Part shown: positions 46,734 through 56,578 of the stretch, one piece after another
Layout: every line of letters begins with the position of its first letter
Numbering within the stretch: position 1 is the stretch's first letter
Made by a program: the position numbers and the translations under genes
Notes under the pieces: generated by a model
Seen by the model: only the letters and a program-made list of their open reading frames with translations
Told to the model about the DNA's origin: nothing
Database searches by the model: none
Assembly: GCA_903839865.1 (NCBI GenBank)
Contig: CAIMEE010000596.1
Location: 8,493-72,492 of the forward strand
Length of the DNA: 64,000 bases
Source of the DNA: Enhydrobacter aerosaccus
GTDB taxonomy: Bacteria > Pseudomonadota > Alphaproteobacteria > Reyranellales > Reyranellaceae
Direction of reading: 5' to 3'

Positions 46734-47897
46734 CTACCGGAAGCGCGGCATTACCTTCGTCCAGAAGGTCTCGATCGACTTCATAAGCTTCGGGTGCGGC
46801 ACGAGACTGTTGTAGGTGTAGGCGAATACCCAGTCGACCGGCTGGCGCTTCTGCTGAGCTTCCATGCCCTTCAGCACGGTGTCGACCGTGCCGACATAGG
46901 CGTAGCCCATGGCGATGATCTCCTCCGGCGTCAGCATCTTGCCGGTCTTGGGATCGGTCACGCCCTTGCGGAAGCCGAACGGCTCGAACCAGGCGCGACC
47001 GGAGAACTGGCCGGAGTCCTGCCACAGCGCCCGCGCCTCCTCGTCGGTATCGCAGATGATAACGTCGCGCAGCACGCCCACGCCCTCGCCCTTCTTCTTG
47101 CCCGAGACCTCGGCATAGACGCTGTAGAGCTTCTCCTCGAACACCGGCAGCATCGGCGGCAGGATCGGCGTCACGTTCTCCTGCGCGCAGAAGCGCACGG
47201 TGCTCTCGGAGCTGGCGAACGGCTGGAACAGCGGCGGATGCGGCTTCTGCAGCGGCTTCGGCACCACGCCCACCGATTTCAGGATGCCGTCCTCGACGCC
47301 CTTGCCCCACTTCTCCGTCGTGTCGAGCGTCCACGGCGTGGGACCCGCCGGCACCTTCCAGAACTTGCCGTCGAAGGTCAGCATCTCCTCCGTCCAGCAT
47401 TTCTTGACGATGCGGAAGTTCTCCTCGAAGGCGAGGCGATTGGCATCGTCGATCTGGTCGTGTTGGTGCGGCAGCGCGCCGTGGATGCCGTGCGTCTGCT
47501 GCGCCATGATGTCGACCCAGCGGCGCTGGTAGCCGCGGGCAAAGCCCGCATTGGCGCGGCCGTTGGTCATGTGATCGAGCATCGCGATGTCTTCGGCCAC
47601 GCGGATCGGATTGGACGCCGGCAGCACGATGCCGAGCTGGCCCACGCGGATGCGCTTGGTCTGCATCGCGAAGTAGAGATCGAGCAGCACCGGATTGTTC
47701 GAGAGCTCGAAGCCCTCGATGTGGAAATGATGCTCGGTGAACGACACCGAATCGTAGCCGAGCTCGTCGCCCAGTTTGATCTGCTCGGTCAGCTCCTTCA
47801 GCATGCGCTGGTAGAACTGCGGGTTCATGCCCGCCATGCCCTTCTCGATCTCGGCACGGCTGGCGATCGTCGGCAGGTAAAAGAGCGACGCCTTCAT
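46734..47897 (-). CDS. LLM-class flavin-dependent oxidoreductase (luciferase-like)
   Basis: FTEHHF, NPIRVAEDIAMLDHMTNGR, PKPLQKPHPP. Confidence 0.9.
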   Translation of the reverse strand: MKASLFYLPTIASRAEIEKGMAGMNPQFYQRMLKELTEQIKLGDELGYDSVSFTEHHFHIEGFELSNNPVLLDLYFAMQTKRIRVGQLGIVLPASNPIRVAEDIAMLDHMTNGRANAGFARGYQRRWVDIMAQQTHGIHGALPHQHDQIDDANRLAFEENFRIVKKCWTEEMLTFDGKFWKVPAGPTPWTLDTTEKWGKGVEDGILKSVGVVPKPLQKPHPPLFQPFASSESTVRFCAQENVTPILPPMLPVFEEKLYSVYAEVSGKKKGEGVGVLRDVIICDTDEEARALWQDSGQFSGRAWFEPFGFRKGVTDPKTGKMLTPEEIIAMGYAYVGTVDTVLKGMEAQQKRQPVDWVFAYTYNSLVPHPKLMKSIETFWTKVMPRFR

Positions 47898-47916
47898 TGC
47901 TTCCTCCTCCGCTCGA

Positions 47917-48024
47917 ACCTCACCCTGAGGAGCGAGCGCAGCGAGCGTCTCGAAGGGTGGGAACGAGCACCTTGTTTGTTGCCCATCCTTCGAGACGGCG
48001 CTTCGCGCCCCCTCAGGATGAGGT
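47917..48024. repeat. Rhizobiales-type intergenic palindromic repeat element (REP/MITE-like)
   Basis: ACCTCACCCTGAGGAGCGAGCGCAGCGAGCGTCTCGAAGGGTGGG...CCCATCCTTCGAGACGGCGCTTCGCGCCCCCTCAGGATGAGGT long imperfect inverted repeat. Confidence 0.8.
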
Positions 48025-48029
48025 CATCT

Positions 48030-49481
48030 TCATTGCACCAATGGTGGCACAGCTCCCGGCTTGGGGTCGATGGGAAGGAGCTTGTCCAGACCGGCCAGCT
48101 TTTCGTACAGCGATGCCGCCTGCAGCAGAGCTGCCTCGCCACGCGGCTTGCCGACGAACTGGAGGCCGACCGGCCGGCCGAAGGAGTCGAAGCCGCAGGG
48201 CACGGCGATCGCGGGACTTCCGGTCACGGTGATCGCCGAGTTGAGCGTCGAGCCCGCCATATAGTTCTCGAGCTTCTTGCCCGCGATGGTCTCGGGCGCG
48301 CGCAGCATGACGTCGAACGCCGCCGTCGGCGCGCCGGGCGTCACCAGCAGGTCGTACTTCTGCCAGAACGCCGCCATGCGCCGATACAGCGCCGCGCGCT
48401 CGCGCTCGGCCCAGGCGAGCTGGCGCGTGGTCTGCTTGAAGCCCAGTTCGGTGTTCCAGAGGATGTCGGGCTTGATCTTGTCCTTGTGCTGCTCGATCTG
48501 CAGTTCGCGGTCGACCACGAACTGCTGGGCGCGGAAGGCCATGAAGACCTCGTCGACCGGACCGAAGTCGGGCGAGGCTTCCTCGACGATGCAGCCCAGC
48601 TCGGTGAAGCGCTTCGCCGCTCTCTCGCAGATCTCGCGAATCTCGCGGTCGAGCCCGAACTTGCCGCCGAAATCCATGGTGATCGCGACGCGCTTGGGCG
48701 CAACCGCCCTGGCCACCGCGGCCGAGAACGACACCGCGGGCGCATCGAACGTCATCGCGTCCTCGGGGCAGAAGCCCGCCATCGTGTCGAGGAAGAGTGC
48801 GAGGTCGGGCACGTTGCGCGCCATCGGCCCCTGCACCGACTGCGGCGAGTAGAGATTGTTCGACGTGCCGCGCGTCACGCGGCCGGCCGACGGGCGGATG
48901 CCGACCGTCGAGCAATAGGTGCCCGGACGACGCAGCGAACCACCGTGATCGGTGCCCTGCGCCAGCCAGACCTCGCCGGTCGCCACAGAGACCGAACCGC
49001 CGCCGGTCGAGCCGCCGCAGGTAAGCGAGGTGTTCCAGGGATTGCGCGTGCGGCCGAACACTTCGTTGAAGGTGCTGCCGCCGGCACCGAATTCCGGCGT
49101 GTTGGACTTGCCCATCACGATGCCGCCCTTGCGCTCGATGCGCTCGATCAGCGGATGCGAGCGGGTGGGCACGTGGTCGGCAAAGATCGGCGAGCCGTAG
49201 GTCGTGCGCACGCCTGCCACGTCGTTGAGGTCCTTGATCGACAGCGGCAGGCCGCCCAGCCAGCCTGCTTCGCCGGAGGCTTCGTAGGCGGCGCCTCCCG
49301 CCATAATGCGCTTGGCGTGATCGCGGGCGCGATCGAGACAAAGGGTCGGCATCGCGTTCACCGCGGGCTCGACCTCGGCCATGCGTTTGGCCGACGCCTC
49401 GACGAGATCGAGCGGGCTGATTTCCTTCTTCTTCAGCCGGGCCACCGCCTCGACCGCCGTCATCTTCCAAAGCTCGCTCAT
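48030..49481 (-). CDS. Amidase signature family protein
   Basis: IKDL, GKSNTPEFG, GGSTGG, GTDHGGSLR. Confidence 0.92.
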   Translation of the reverse strand: MSELWKMTAVEAVARLKKKEISPLDLVEASAKRMAEVEPAVNAMPTLCLDRARDHAKRIMAGGAAYEASGEAGWLGGLPLSIKDLNDVAGVRTTYGSPIFADHVPTRSHPLIERIERKGGIVMGKSNTPEFGAGGSTFNEVFGRTRNPWNTSLTCGGSTGGGSVSVATGEVWLAQGTDHGGSLRRPGTYCSTVGIRPSAGRVTRGTSNNLYSPQSVQGPMARNVPDLALFLDTMAGFCPEDAMTFDAPAVSFSAAVARAVAPKRVAITMDFGGKFGLDREIREICERAAKRFTELGCIVEEASPDFGPVDEVFMAFRAQQFVVDRELQIEQHKDKIKPDILWNTELGFKQTTRQLAWAERERAALYRRMAAFWQKYDLLVTPGAPTAAFDVMLRAPETIAGKKLENYMAGSTLNSAITVTGSPAIAVPCGFDSFGRPVGLQFVGKPRGEAALLQAASLYEKLAGLDKLLPIDPKPGAVPPLVQ

Positions 49482-49564
49482 GGCACCCTTCCGAAATCGG
49501 CAAACCACCTTTGCCGGACTTGCAGCTTTTGCATATGGGATAGTCCTCCGGAGGAAACACCAGA

Positions 49565-50770
49565 ATGACGGCTCCTGCCAGCGGCCCGCTTCGCGGATTG
49601 AAAATCGTCGATATCTCCACTGTCGTGGCGGGGCCGTTCGCGGCGGGCCTGCTGGGCGACTATGGCGCGGAGATCGTCAAGGTCGAGATGCCGGGTGCCG
49701 GCGATTCCCTGCGCGCGCTCGCCCCGCACAAGGACGGCGTGCCGCTGTGGTGGAAGGTAACCAACCGCAACAAGCGCGGCGTCACGCTCGACCTGCGCAA
49801 GCCCGAGGGACGCGATCTCTTCGCCAGGCTGATCGCCGATGCCGACGTGCTGGTCGAGAATTTCCGGCCAGGCACGCTCGACGGCTGGGGCATCACGCGG
49901 GCCTGGCTGCAGGGCATCCGCCCCAGCCTCACGATCCTGAGGGTCACCGGCTTCGGCCAGGACGGGCCCTATGCCGGCCGGCCGGGTTTCGCGCGCATCT
50001 TCGAGTCGATGAGCGGCTTCACCCAGATCTGCGGCGAGGATGGCGGACGGCCGCTCCACCTCGGCTATCCCATCTCCGACGCCGTCGCGGGCCTGTTCGG
50101 GGCAGTCGGCATCCTGGCGGCGCTGCACGACCTCGCGCAGCATCCCGACAGGCGCGGCCAGGAAATCGACTGCTCCGCCACCGAGGCGATGCTGCGCACG
50201 CTTGAGTTCCTCGCCATCGAATACGACCAGCTGGGTGCCGTGCGCACGCGCTCGGGCAACCGCAGCCAGTATGCCGCGCCCGGCAATGTCTATCGCACCG
50301 CCGATGACAAATGGGCATCGATCGCGGCCTCGACGCAGAGCATCTTCGATCGCCTGTGCACCGCACTCGATCGGCGCGACCTTCTGGAAGACGAGCGCTA
50401 CGCCACCAATCCGGCGCGGGTGAAGAACTACCTGTCGCTCGACGAGATCGTGGGCGCGGCCATCGGCAAGCTCACCCTCGCCCAGTTGCGCGAGACGCTG
50501 ACCAAACACGAAGTGGGCTTCTCGCCGATCTACGACATCGCCGATGTCTTCGACGATCCGCAGTTCAAGGCGCGCGAGGCGATCGTGGCGGTGCCCGACG
50601 GCGAACTGGGATCGGTGCGCATGCAGGGCGTCGTGCCACGCTTTTCCGAGACGCCGGGCGCGGTACGCCGCGCGGGTCCCGCGATGGGCGAACACAACGA
50701 CGAAGTCTATGGCGGCCTGGGGCTGACGGCGGCGGAGATCGCCGGCCTGAAGGCACGCAAGGTCATCTAG
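49565..50770 (+). CDS. CaiB/BaiF family III CoA transferase
   Basis: VAGPF, NRNKRGVTLDL, ENFRPG, ISDAVAG. Confidence 0.92.
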   Translation: MTAPASGPLRGLKIVDISTVVAGPFAAGLLGDYGAEIVKVEMPGAGDSLRALAPHKDGVPLWWKVTNRNKRGVTLDLRKPEGRDLFARLIADADVLVENFRPGTLDGWGITRAWLQGIRPSLTILRVTGFGQDGPYAGRPGFARIFESMSGFTQICGEDGGRPLHLGYPISDAVAGLFGAVGILAALHDLAQHPDRRGQEIDCSATEAMLRTLEFLAIEYDQLGAVRTRSGNRSQYAAPGNVYRTADDKWASIAASTQSIFDRLCTALDRRDLLEDERYATNPARVKNYLSLDEIVGAAIGKLTLAQLRETLTKHEVGFSPIYDIADVFDDPQFKAREAIVAVPDGELGSVRMQGVVPRFSETPGAVRRAGPAMGEHNDEVYGGLGLTAAEIAGLKARKVI

Positions 50771-50780
50771 GGAGGCCACC

Positions 50781-51755
50781 ATGCTGAGACGGACGTTCGG
50801 AGCCCTGTCGCTTGCCACGCTGGCGATGCGTCCCGCCCATGCGCCCCCTGCATTCGCCCAGGGCGACAAGGTGTCCAAGCTCATGGTCGGCTTTCCGCCA
50901 GGCCAGGCAACCGACATCGTCGCGCGCCTGCTGGCGGACGCGCTGAAGTCCCAGTTGGGCGAAACCGTGATCGTCGACAACAAGCCCGGTCAGGGAGGCA
51001 GCATCGTCCTGGGCCAGATGGCGCATGCCGCGCCCGATGGAACGACCTTCGTGCTGGCGCCGCTGGCTTCGCTCGCGATCAACCCGCATCTCTACAAGAA
51101 CGTCGCCTACAACAGCCTCACCAGCTTCGAGCCCGTGGCGCGGGTGTGCGACCTGCCGATGGCACTGGTGGTACATCCCTCAGTGCCGGTGAAGACGCTG
51201 CCCGACCTGATTGCCTACGCCAAGGCCAACCCCGACAAGCTCAGCTACTGCTCCGCCGGCAACGGCACGTTGAGCCATGTCGTGATGGAGGATTTCAAGT
51301 CGCGCGCCGGCCTGCGCATCCTGCACGTCCCCTATCAGGGCAGTCCGCCCGCGATGAACGATCTCGTGGCCGGCACCGTGCAGGTCGCAATCGATACCGT
51401 CACAGTAACCAAGCCGCACATCGATTCCGGCCGTCTGCGCCTGATCGCGGCCGGCACGCTGGAGCGCCTTCCGGCATTTCCGGACACGCCGACGATCGCC
51501 GAGCAGGGCTTCCCCGGCCTCGAGGCGGTGGCGTGGCTCGGCATCCTGTTGCCGGCCAAGACCCCGACCGCACGGGTGAAGCAGCTTTCCGATGCGATCA
51601 TGAAAGTGGTCCAGGAGCCGTCGATGCAGGAGAGATTGCGCAGCGTCGGCACCATCCCGCGCGCCATGAACGCGGCCGAATTCGCCGCCTTCCTGAAGAG
51701 CGAGGATGCGCGCTGGAGCAAGGTCGTCGCGGCCTCGGGCATCAAGGCGGACTAG
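50781..51755 (+). CDS. Bug/TctC substrate-binding protein
   Basis: GFPPGQATDIVAR, DNKPG, HVPYQG. Confidence 0.92.
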   Translation: MLRRTFGALSLATLAMRPAHAPPAFAQGDKVSKLMVGFPPGQATDIVARLLADALKSQLGETVIVDNKPGQGGSIVLGQMAHAAPDGTTFVLAPLASLAINPHLYKNVAYNSLTSFEPVARVCDLPMALVVHPSVPVKTLPDLIAYAKANPDKLSYCSAGNGTLSHVVMEDFKSRAGLRILHVPYQGSPPAMNDLVAGTVQVAIDTVTVTKPHIDSGRLRLIAAGTLERLPAFPDTPTIAEQGFPGLEAVAWLGILLPAKTPTARVKQLSDAIMKVVQEPSMQERLRSVGTIPRAMNAAEFAAFLKSEDARWSKVVAASGIKAD

Positions 51756-51766
51756 CCGCAACGCGT

Positions 51767-52426
51767 TCAGCAGGCTTCGAGGTAGTCTTCCCACAGGTCG
51801 AGATGGACCGTATCCACCGGATTGGCTGCCTCGCCCCACAGCTCACGCGCGGCGAAGCGCACCGTGTAGAGGAACTGCGGATTCTCACCCTCGAAGCACG
51901 CGTTGCTGTCGGGAAAGACATGGGCGCCGTGATCGCACTCGATCGTACCCAGCCGGCCACGCACGTAGCGTGGCAACCGGGTGTGACCGGCTGGATTGAT
52001 GCAGCGTGCGCGGACGGACTGCCCCGCGGTGAATCGCGGCTTGGCCGACGTGGCGCGCACGGTCGGGCTGCCCGCCAGGATCGCGGGCATCACCTTGTCG
52101 GCGGTGAGCGGCGGCGTCGCGAACGGCACCGCAGGATCGCGCCGGCCGCTCTCGAGTTCCTGCGGCGTGACGAGACCCGCGCCAAGCAGGAGCTTGACCG
52201 CAGACTCGAACCACTTCTCGTAGTAGCTGAGGCGCAGATAGTCGGCTGGCGGCAAGGTCTCGATGCTGTGGCGGCCGGCGTCGATGTTCCAGCGCCGCCA
52301 GGCGCCGGCGGCCCGGCGAAGCGCCAGCACCCGCGCCTCCCACGGCGCATGGAAGACCGGCTCGTTCGCTTCAGGCACGACAGGTCCGAAACCGTGCATG
52401 CCGCCCATGTCATGGACGCCGTTCAT
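51767..52426 (-). CDS. nthB: Nitrile hydratase beta subunit
   Basis: [41 protein letters not shown]; start at 52426. Confidence 0.93.
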   Translation of the reverse strand: MNGVHDMGGMHGFGPVVPEANEPVFHAPWEARVLALRRAAGAWRRWNIDAGRHSIETLPPADYLRLSYYEKWFESAVKLLLGAGLVTPQELESGRRDPAVPFATPPLTADKVMPAILAGSPTVRATSAKPRFTAGQSVRARCINPAGHTRLPRYVRGRLGTIECDHGAHVFPDSNACFEGENPQFLYTVRFAARELWGEAANPVDTVHLDLWEDYLEAC

Positions 52427-53076
52427 GGAAGAGCCACCTTGGCCGTGCCGATCATCGAGTCGCGCGTCACGAGATCGGCGAGCGCCTCGGCAGTCATGCC
52501 TTCGGTTCCCGCCGGGCGTTCCGGCAGCACGAGGTAGCGGATCTCCGCGGTCGAATCCCACACGCGCACGGCCACCTCGTCGGGCAACGCCAGCCCGAAC
52601 TCGCGCAGCACGCCACGCGGATCGATCACCGCGCGCGAACGATAGGCCGACGACTTGTACCAGACCGGCGGCAGGCCCAGCACCGGCCACGGGTAGCAGG
52701 AGCACAAGGTGCAGACGACGAGGTTGTGCACCGACGGCGTGTTCTCGACCACGACCATGTGTTCGCCCTGCGCGCCGGAATAGCCCATCCCGGCAATGGC
52801 GGCGGTGGCATCCTTCATCAGCTGCGCCTTGTAGGCAGGATCGGACCAGGCGCGCGCGACGATCCGGGCACCATTGCGTGGGCCGATCTTGCTTTGATAG
52901 GCATCGACGATCGCGTCGAGGGCGGCCGGGTCGACCAGACCCTTCTCGACCAGCAGCGACTCGAGCGCCCTTACGCGCAGCGCCGTTTCCGACAGGGCGC
53001 TCTGCCCTTCGTGGCCGTGCCCCTCATGGTCGTGTCCATGGTCATGCCCATGGTCATGATCGTGGCTCTTGCTCAT
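52423..53076 (-). CDS. nthA: Nitrile hydratase alpha subunit, cobalt type
   Basis: VCTLCSCY metal motif (Thr/Tyr = Co type); His-rich N-terminus. Confidence 0.95.
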   Translation of the reverse strand: MSKSHDHDHGHDHGHDHEGHGHEGQSALSETALRVRALESLLVEKGLVDPAALDAIVDAYQSKIGPRNGARIVARAWSDPAYKAQLMKDATAAIAGMGYSGAQGEHMVVVENTPSVHNLVVCTLCSCYPWPVLGLPPVWYKSSAYRSRAVIDPRGVLREFGLALPDEVAVRVWDSTAEIRYLVLPERPAGTEGMTAEALADLVTRDSMIGTAKVALP

Positions 53077-53085
53077 GCCCCGATC

Positions 53086-54312
53086 CTACACCAGGCCGCG
53101 CAGCGACGTCCGCCGCTTCTGGCCGAAATAGAGCACGCCCAGCAGCATCAGATTGAGGACGTTCAGCAGCAGCGCCGCCTGGAATGCCGCGCGGTAAGAG
53201 AGGGTCGCATCGAAAATCGCGCCGCCCATCCAGCCACCCACGGCCATGCCGCCCATGGCGAACAGCATCACGACGCCCAGCCGCCAGCCCGCGATGCCCG
53301 GACCGTAGAGCGCCCGCAGGTTGAGCGCATATCCCTGCACGATGGCGATGTAGGGAATGCCGTGGATCAGCGAGAGCGCGTAGATGCCAGTGAGGCCGTT
53401 CACGAACAGATAGCCCGTCAGCGAGCCGACCTGGATCACCGAACACAGCAGGTTCACCTTGATGGGACCGATGTAGTCGGACAACCGTCCCATGGCGAAG
53501 GTCACGGCGACGGCGGTGAGCAGGATCAGCGAGATCGCCTCCGAGCCGCGCGCCGGCGAGAGGCCGAGATCGCCGCAGAAGGCCACCATGTGCACGAACG
53601 GCACAGCCATCGCCGCGCAGCAGCAGAAGGCTGCCGCTGCCAGGAGCGCCATGATCAGCGGCGACGGCATCGGCAGGCCGGCGATATTCTCCGACGCCTT
53701 GCGAGCGGTCTTGTTGCGCGCGACCGGCGAGGGCCGCACGTAGAAGGCACAGAGGAAAAGCAGCACGCCCGCCACGACGGAATAGATCACCAGCGATTGG
53801 CGCCAGCCGACCTCGGGGAGCAGCTGCCGATAGATCTGCGGCCACACGAAGCCCGACACCGCTGGTCCCACGGAGATGATCGACACCGCCGTGCTGCGGC
53901 GCTTGTCGAACCAGCCCTGCACGTTGTTCATCGCCGGCGTGAAGGTGGCGGCATTGCCGAGAAAGCCGAGCGGGATCGCGTAGCCCGCATACAGCGCCCA
54001 CTCGCCGCCGCTCACGGTCAGCCAGCCGCCCGCGAGGATCGACACGCCTGCGATCATCAGCGGTACCCTCGGGCTGGTGCGATCGGCCAGCCAGCCCATG
54101 AAGACGCCGCCCGCGCCCATGGCGAAGAAGCCCAGCATGTAGGCCATCGACGGCACCGCGCGGCGGTCGCCGAAATCGGCCGCGATCTCCTTCAGCGCCA
54201 CGACCGGCAGGTAGGTGGCACCCCCACCCAGGCCGATGCAGAACATCGACAGGAAGGCCAGCCGCCACGCATAGCCGCTGTCGACCCCGGGCTGCTGCAC
54301 GACCGCGCTCAT
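53086..54312 (-). CDS. MFS transporter (OFA/MCT-like)
   Basis: VDSGYAWR, GWLADRTSPR, WFDKRRSTA; many TM segments; start overlaps the sulfatase stop. Confidence 0.88.
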   Translation of the reverse strand: MSAVVQQPGVDSGYAWRLAFLSMFCIGLGGGATYLPVVALKEIAADFGDRRAVPSMAYMLGFFAMGAGGVFMGWLADRTSPRVPLMIAGVSILAGGWLTVSGGEWALYAGYAIPLGFLGNAATFTPAMNNVQGWFDKRRSTAVSIISVGPAVSGFVWPQIYRQLLPEVGWRQSLVIYSVVAGVLLFLCAFYVRPSPVARNKTARKASENIAGLPMPSPLIMALLAAAAFCCCAAMAVPFVHMVAFCGDLGLSPARGSEAISLILLTAVAVTFAMGRLSDYIGPIKVNLLCSVIQVGSLTGYLFVNGLTGIYALSLIHGIPYIAIVQGYALNLRALYGPGIAGWRLGVVMLFAMGGMAVGGWMGGAIFDATLSYRAAFQAALLLNVLNLMLLGVLYFGQKRRTSLRGLV

Positions 54313-56540
54313 TCGCGCGCGAGGGTTGCCGCGGCGGCTGCCTTGGCGTCGAGCGCCTGATCGTCGTCGAGGACGAACGTCACCTTGCGCAGCTTGCCGG
54401 TGAAGGCGAACGGCGCCTCGTAGTGCGAGACCGGGCTCGAGCGGTCGCGGCCGATGTCGAGACCCGACCAGGAAATGAAGCTGACGAAGCCCACCTGCTC
54501 GTCGAAGCCACCCGCCGGCTGGCCGTCGATCAGCAAGGTGGCGAGGTTGCGGCCTTTCTCGCGCCGCATGCGCAGGCCGAGCAGGCGATTGCCCGCCGGC
54601 ACCGCGCGATCCGACACCGCGATATGGTGCACGCCGCCGATGTTCATGTCGTAGGTGAGCCGGTTGTCCTTGATGTAGAGCGAGTAGCCGCAGGTCATGT
54701 CGCCATGCGCGATCAGCACACCCTCGGTCGTGGCCCCGGCGATCTGCACATCGGCCTCGATCGTGTAGGTGCGGCTTCTCACGTCGGGCGCGACATCGGT
54801 CGGCACATGGCCCATGCCGGCATGGAACACGAATTTGTTGCGTGGCCCGTGGAAGCGCTTGGCGTTGTCGGCGAAGCGCGCCTGGAAGCGGTCGTCGAGC
54901 GGCAGCACGTTGTGCGCCTCGGCCTCCTTCCACCAAAGATCGATCAGCGCCTTCAGTTTGGCCGGTTCCTTGTCGGCGAGATCGTCGGTCTCGCTGAAAT
55001 CGCGGTCGAGATGGAAGAGCTCCCACTTGTCCTTTTCGAATTCGGAGCCCAGCGGATGGAACGCCACGGCCTTCCAGCCGTCCTTAACCAGGCCGCGATG
55101 GCCGAACATCTCGAAATACTGCGGCGCCGCCTTCGATGGCACCTTGGCGTCCTTGAGACTGGCGGCGAAACTCGTGCCTTCGAGCGGCATCTGCGCGACG
55201 CCGTTGACGGCGGCCGGCGGCTTGACGCCGACCACGTCGAGCAGGGTCGGCACGAGATCGCTGGCGTGACAGAACTGGTGGCGCAGCTCGCCGCGCGCGG
55301 AAAGACCCTTGGGCCAGGAGATCACCAGCGGATCGCGGATGCCGCCGCCATGGGTGTTCTGCTTGTAGCGGCGCAGCGGCGTGTTCGATGCCATCGCCCA
55401 GCCGAGTGGAAAGTTCGAGTGCGTGTCGGGTCCGCCGATGTCGTCGATGCGCGCGATCTTCTCCTCGATCGGCTCGCGACGCAGATTGTAGGGCCCCATG
55501 GCGTTGACCATGCCGAAGGGACCACCCTCCTGGCTGGCGCCGTTGTCGGACATCAGCACGATCATCGTGTCGTCGAGCTGGCCCGACTCCTCGAGGAACT
55601 TCACCAGTCGCGCGATGTGCTGGTCGGCGTGATCGAGCATCGCGGCATAGGCCGCCTGCAGGCGCGTGTAGAGCTTCTTCTCGCCGTCGGGCAGCTCGGC
55701 CCACGGCTTCACCGCGTCGTTACGCGGCGGCATGCGCGTATCCTGGGGCACGATGCCAAGTTCCTTCTGGCGCGCGAGACGGCGATCGCGCTCGACATCC
55801 CAGCCTTCGGCGAACAGCGCGTCGTATTTGCGAATCAGGTCGAACGGCGCCTGGTGCGGCGCGTGGCAGGCGCCCAGCGCCACCCAGGTGAGCCAGGGAA
55901 TCTCGGGCCGGTCGCCCACATGGTCGGCGAGATAGCGGATCGACTGGTCGATCAGGTCGGCGGTCAGGTGATAGCCCGTCGCGAAGGTGCCGGGCGCTTC
56001 GACCGGCGTGTTGTCACGCACCAGTTCCGGCGCGTACTGATCGGTCTCGGCATCCATGAAGCCGTAGTAGCGGTCGAAGCCGCGGCCGAGCGGCCAGCCG
56101 TCGAACGGGCCGGTGGCGCCCGACTCGGTGAGCGGCGTCACGTGCCACTTGCCCAGCATGTAATTGCGATAGCCGTGCGGGCGCAGCATCTCGGCGATGG
56201 TGCCCGCTTCCTTCGCGATCTTGCCGCGGTAGCCGGGGTAGCCCGAATCGAAATTGGCGAGGCAGCCGACGCCCACCGAATGATGGTTGCGTCCGGTCAG
56301 CAGCGCCGCACGCGTGGTCGAGCACATGGCGGTCGTGTGGAAGGCCGTATAGCGCAGGCCGCGCCGGGCGATGGCATCCATCGTGGGCGTCGAGATGGGC
56401 GAGCCGTAGCAGCCGAGGTCGGAGAATCCGACGTCGTCGAACAGGATCACGAGGATGTTCGGGGCGCCTTTGGGACGCTTGGGCACGTCCGGCCAATACG
56501 GCAGGGACTCGCCCACCGTCTTCCCGATTTTGGGCGCCAT
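54309..56540 (-). CDS. Arylsulfatase (cytoplasmic, AtsA/AtsD-like with C-terminal extension)
   Basis: FDDVGFSD, CSTTRAALLTGRNHH, GKWH, SDNGAS; start MAPKIGK at 56540 after GGGAGG. Confidence 0.92.
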   Translation of the reverse strand: MAPKIGKTVGESLPYWPDVPKRPKGAPNILVILFDDVGFSDLGCYGSPISTPTMDAIARRGLRYTAFHTTAMCSTTRAALLTGRNHHSVGVGCLANFDSGYPGYRGKIAKEAGTIAEMLRPHGYRNYMLGKWHVTPLTESGATGPFDGWPLGRGFDRYYGFMDAETDQYAPELVRDNTPVEAPGTFATGYHLTADLIDQSIRYLADHVGDRPEIPWLTWVALGACHAPHQAPFDLIRKYDALFAEGWDVERDRRLARQKELGIVPQDTRMPPRNDAVKPWAELPDGEKKLYTRLQAAYAAMLDHADQHIARLVKFLEESGQLDDTMIVLMSDNGASQEGGPFGMVNAMGPYNLRREPIEEKIARIDDIGGPDTHSNFPLGWAMASNTPLRRYKQNTHGGGIRDPLVISWPKGLSARGELRHQFCHASDLVPTLLDVVGVKPPAAVNGVAQMPLEGTSFAASLKDAKVPSKAAPQYFEMFGHRGLVKDGWKAVAFHPLGSEFEKDKWELFHLDRDFSETDDLADKEPAKLKALIDLWWKEAEAHNVLPLDDRFQARFADNAKRFHGPRNKFVFHAGMGHVPTDVAPDVRSRTYTIEADVQIAGATTEGVLIAHGDMTCGYSLYIKDNRLTYDMNIGGVHHIAVSDRAVPAGNRLLGLRMRREKGRNLATLLIDGQPAGGFDEQVGFVSFISWSGLDIGRDRSSPVSHYEAPFAFTGKLRKVTFVLDDDQALDAKAAAAATLARE

Positions 56541-56578
56541 TGCTTTTCCTCCCTTTGCGGGCTCTTCTAGCATGCGAC

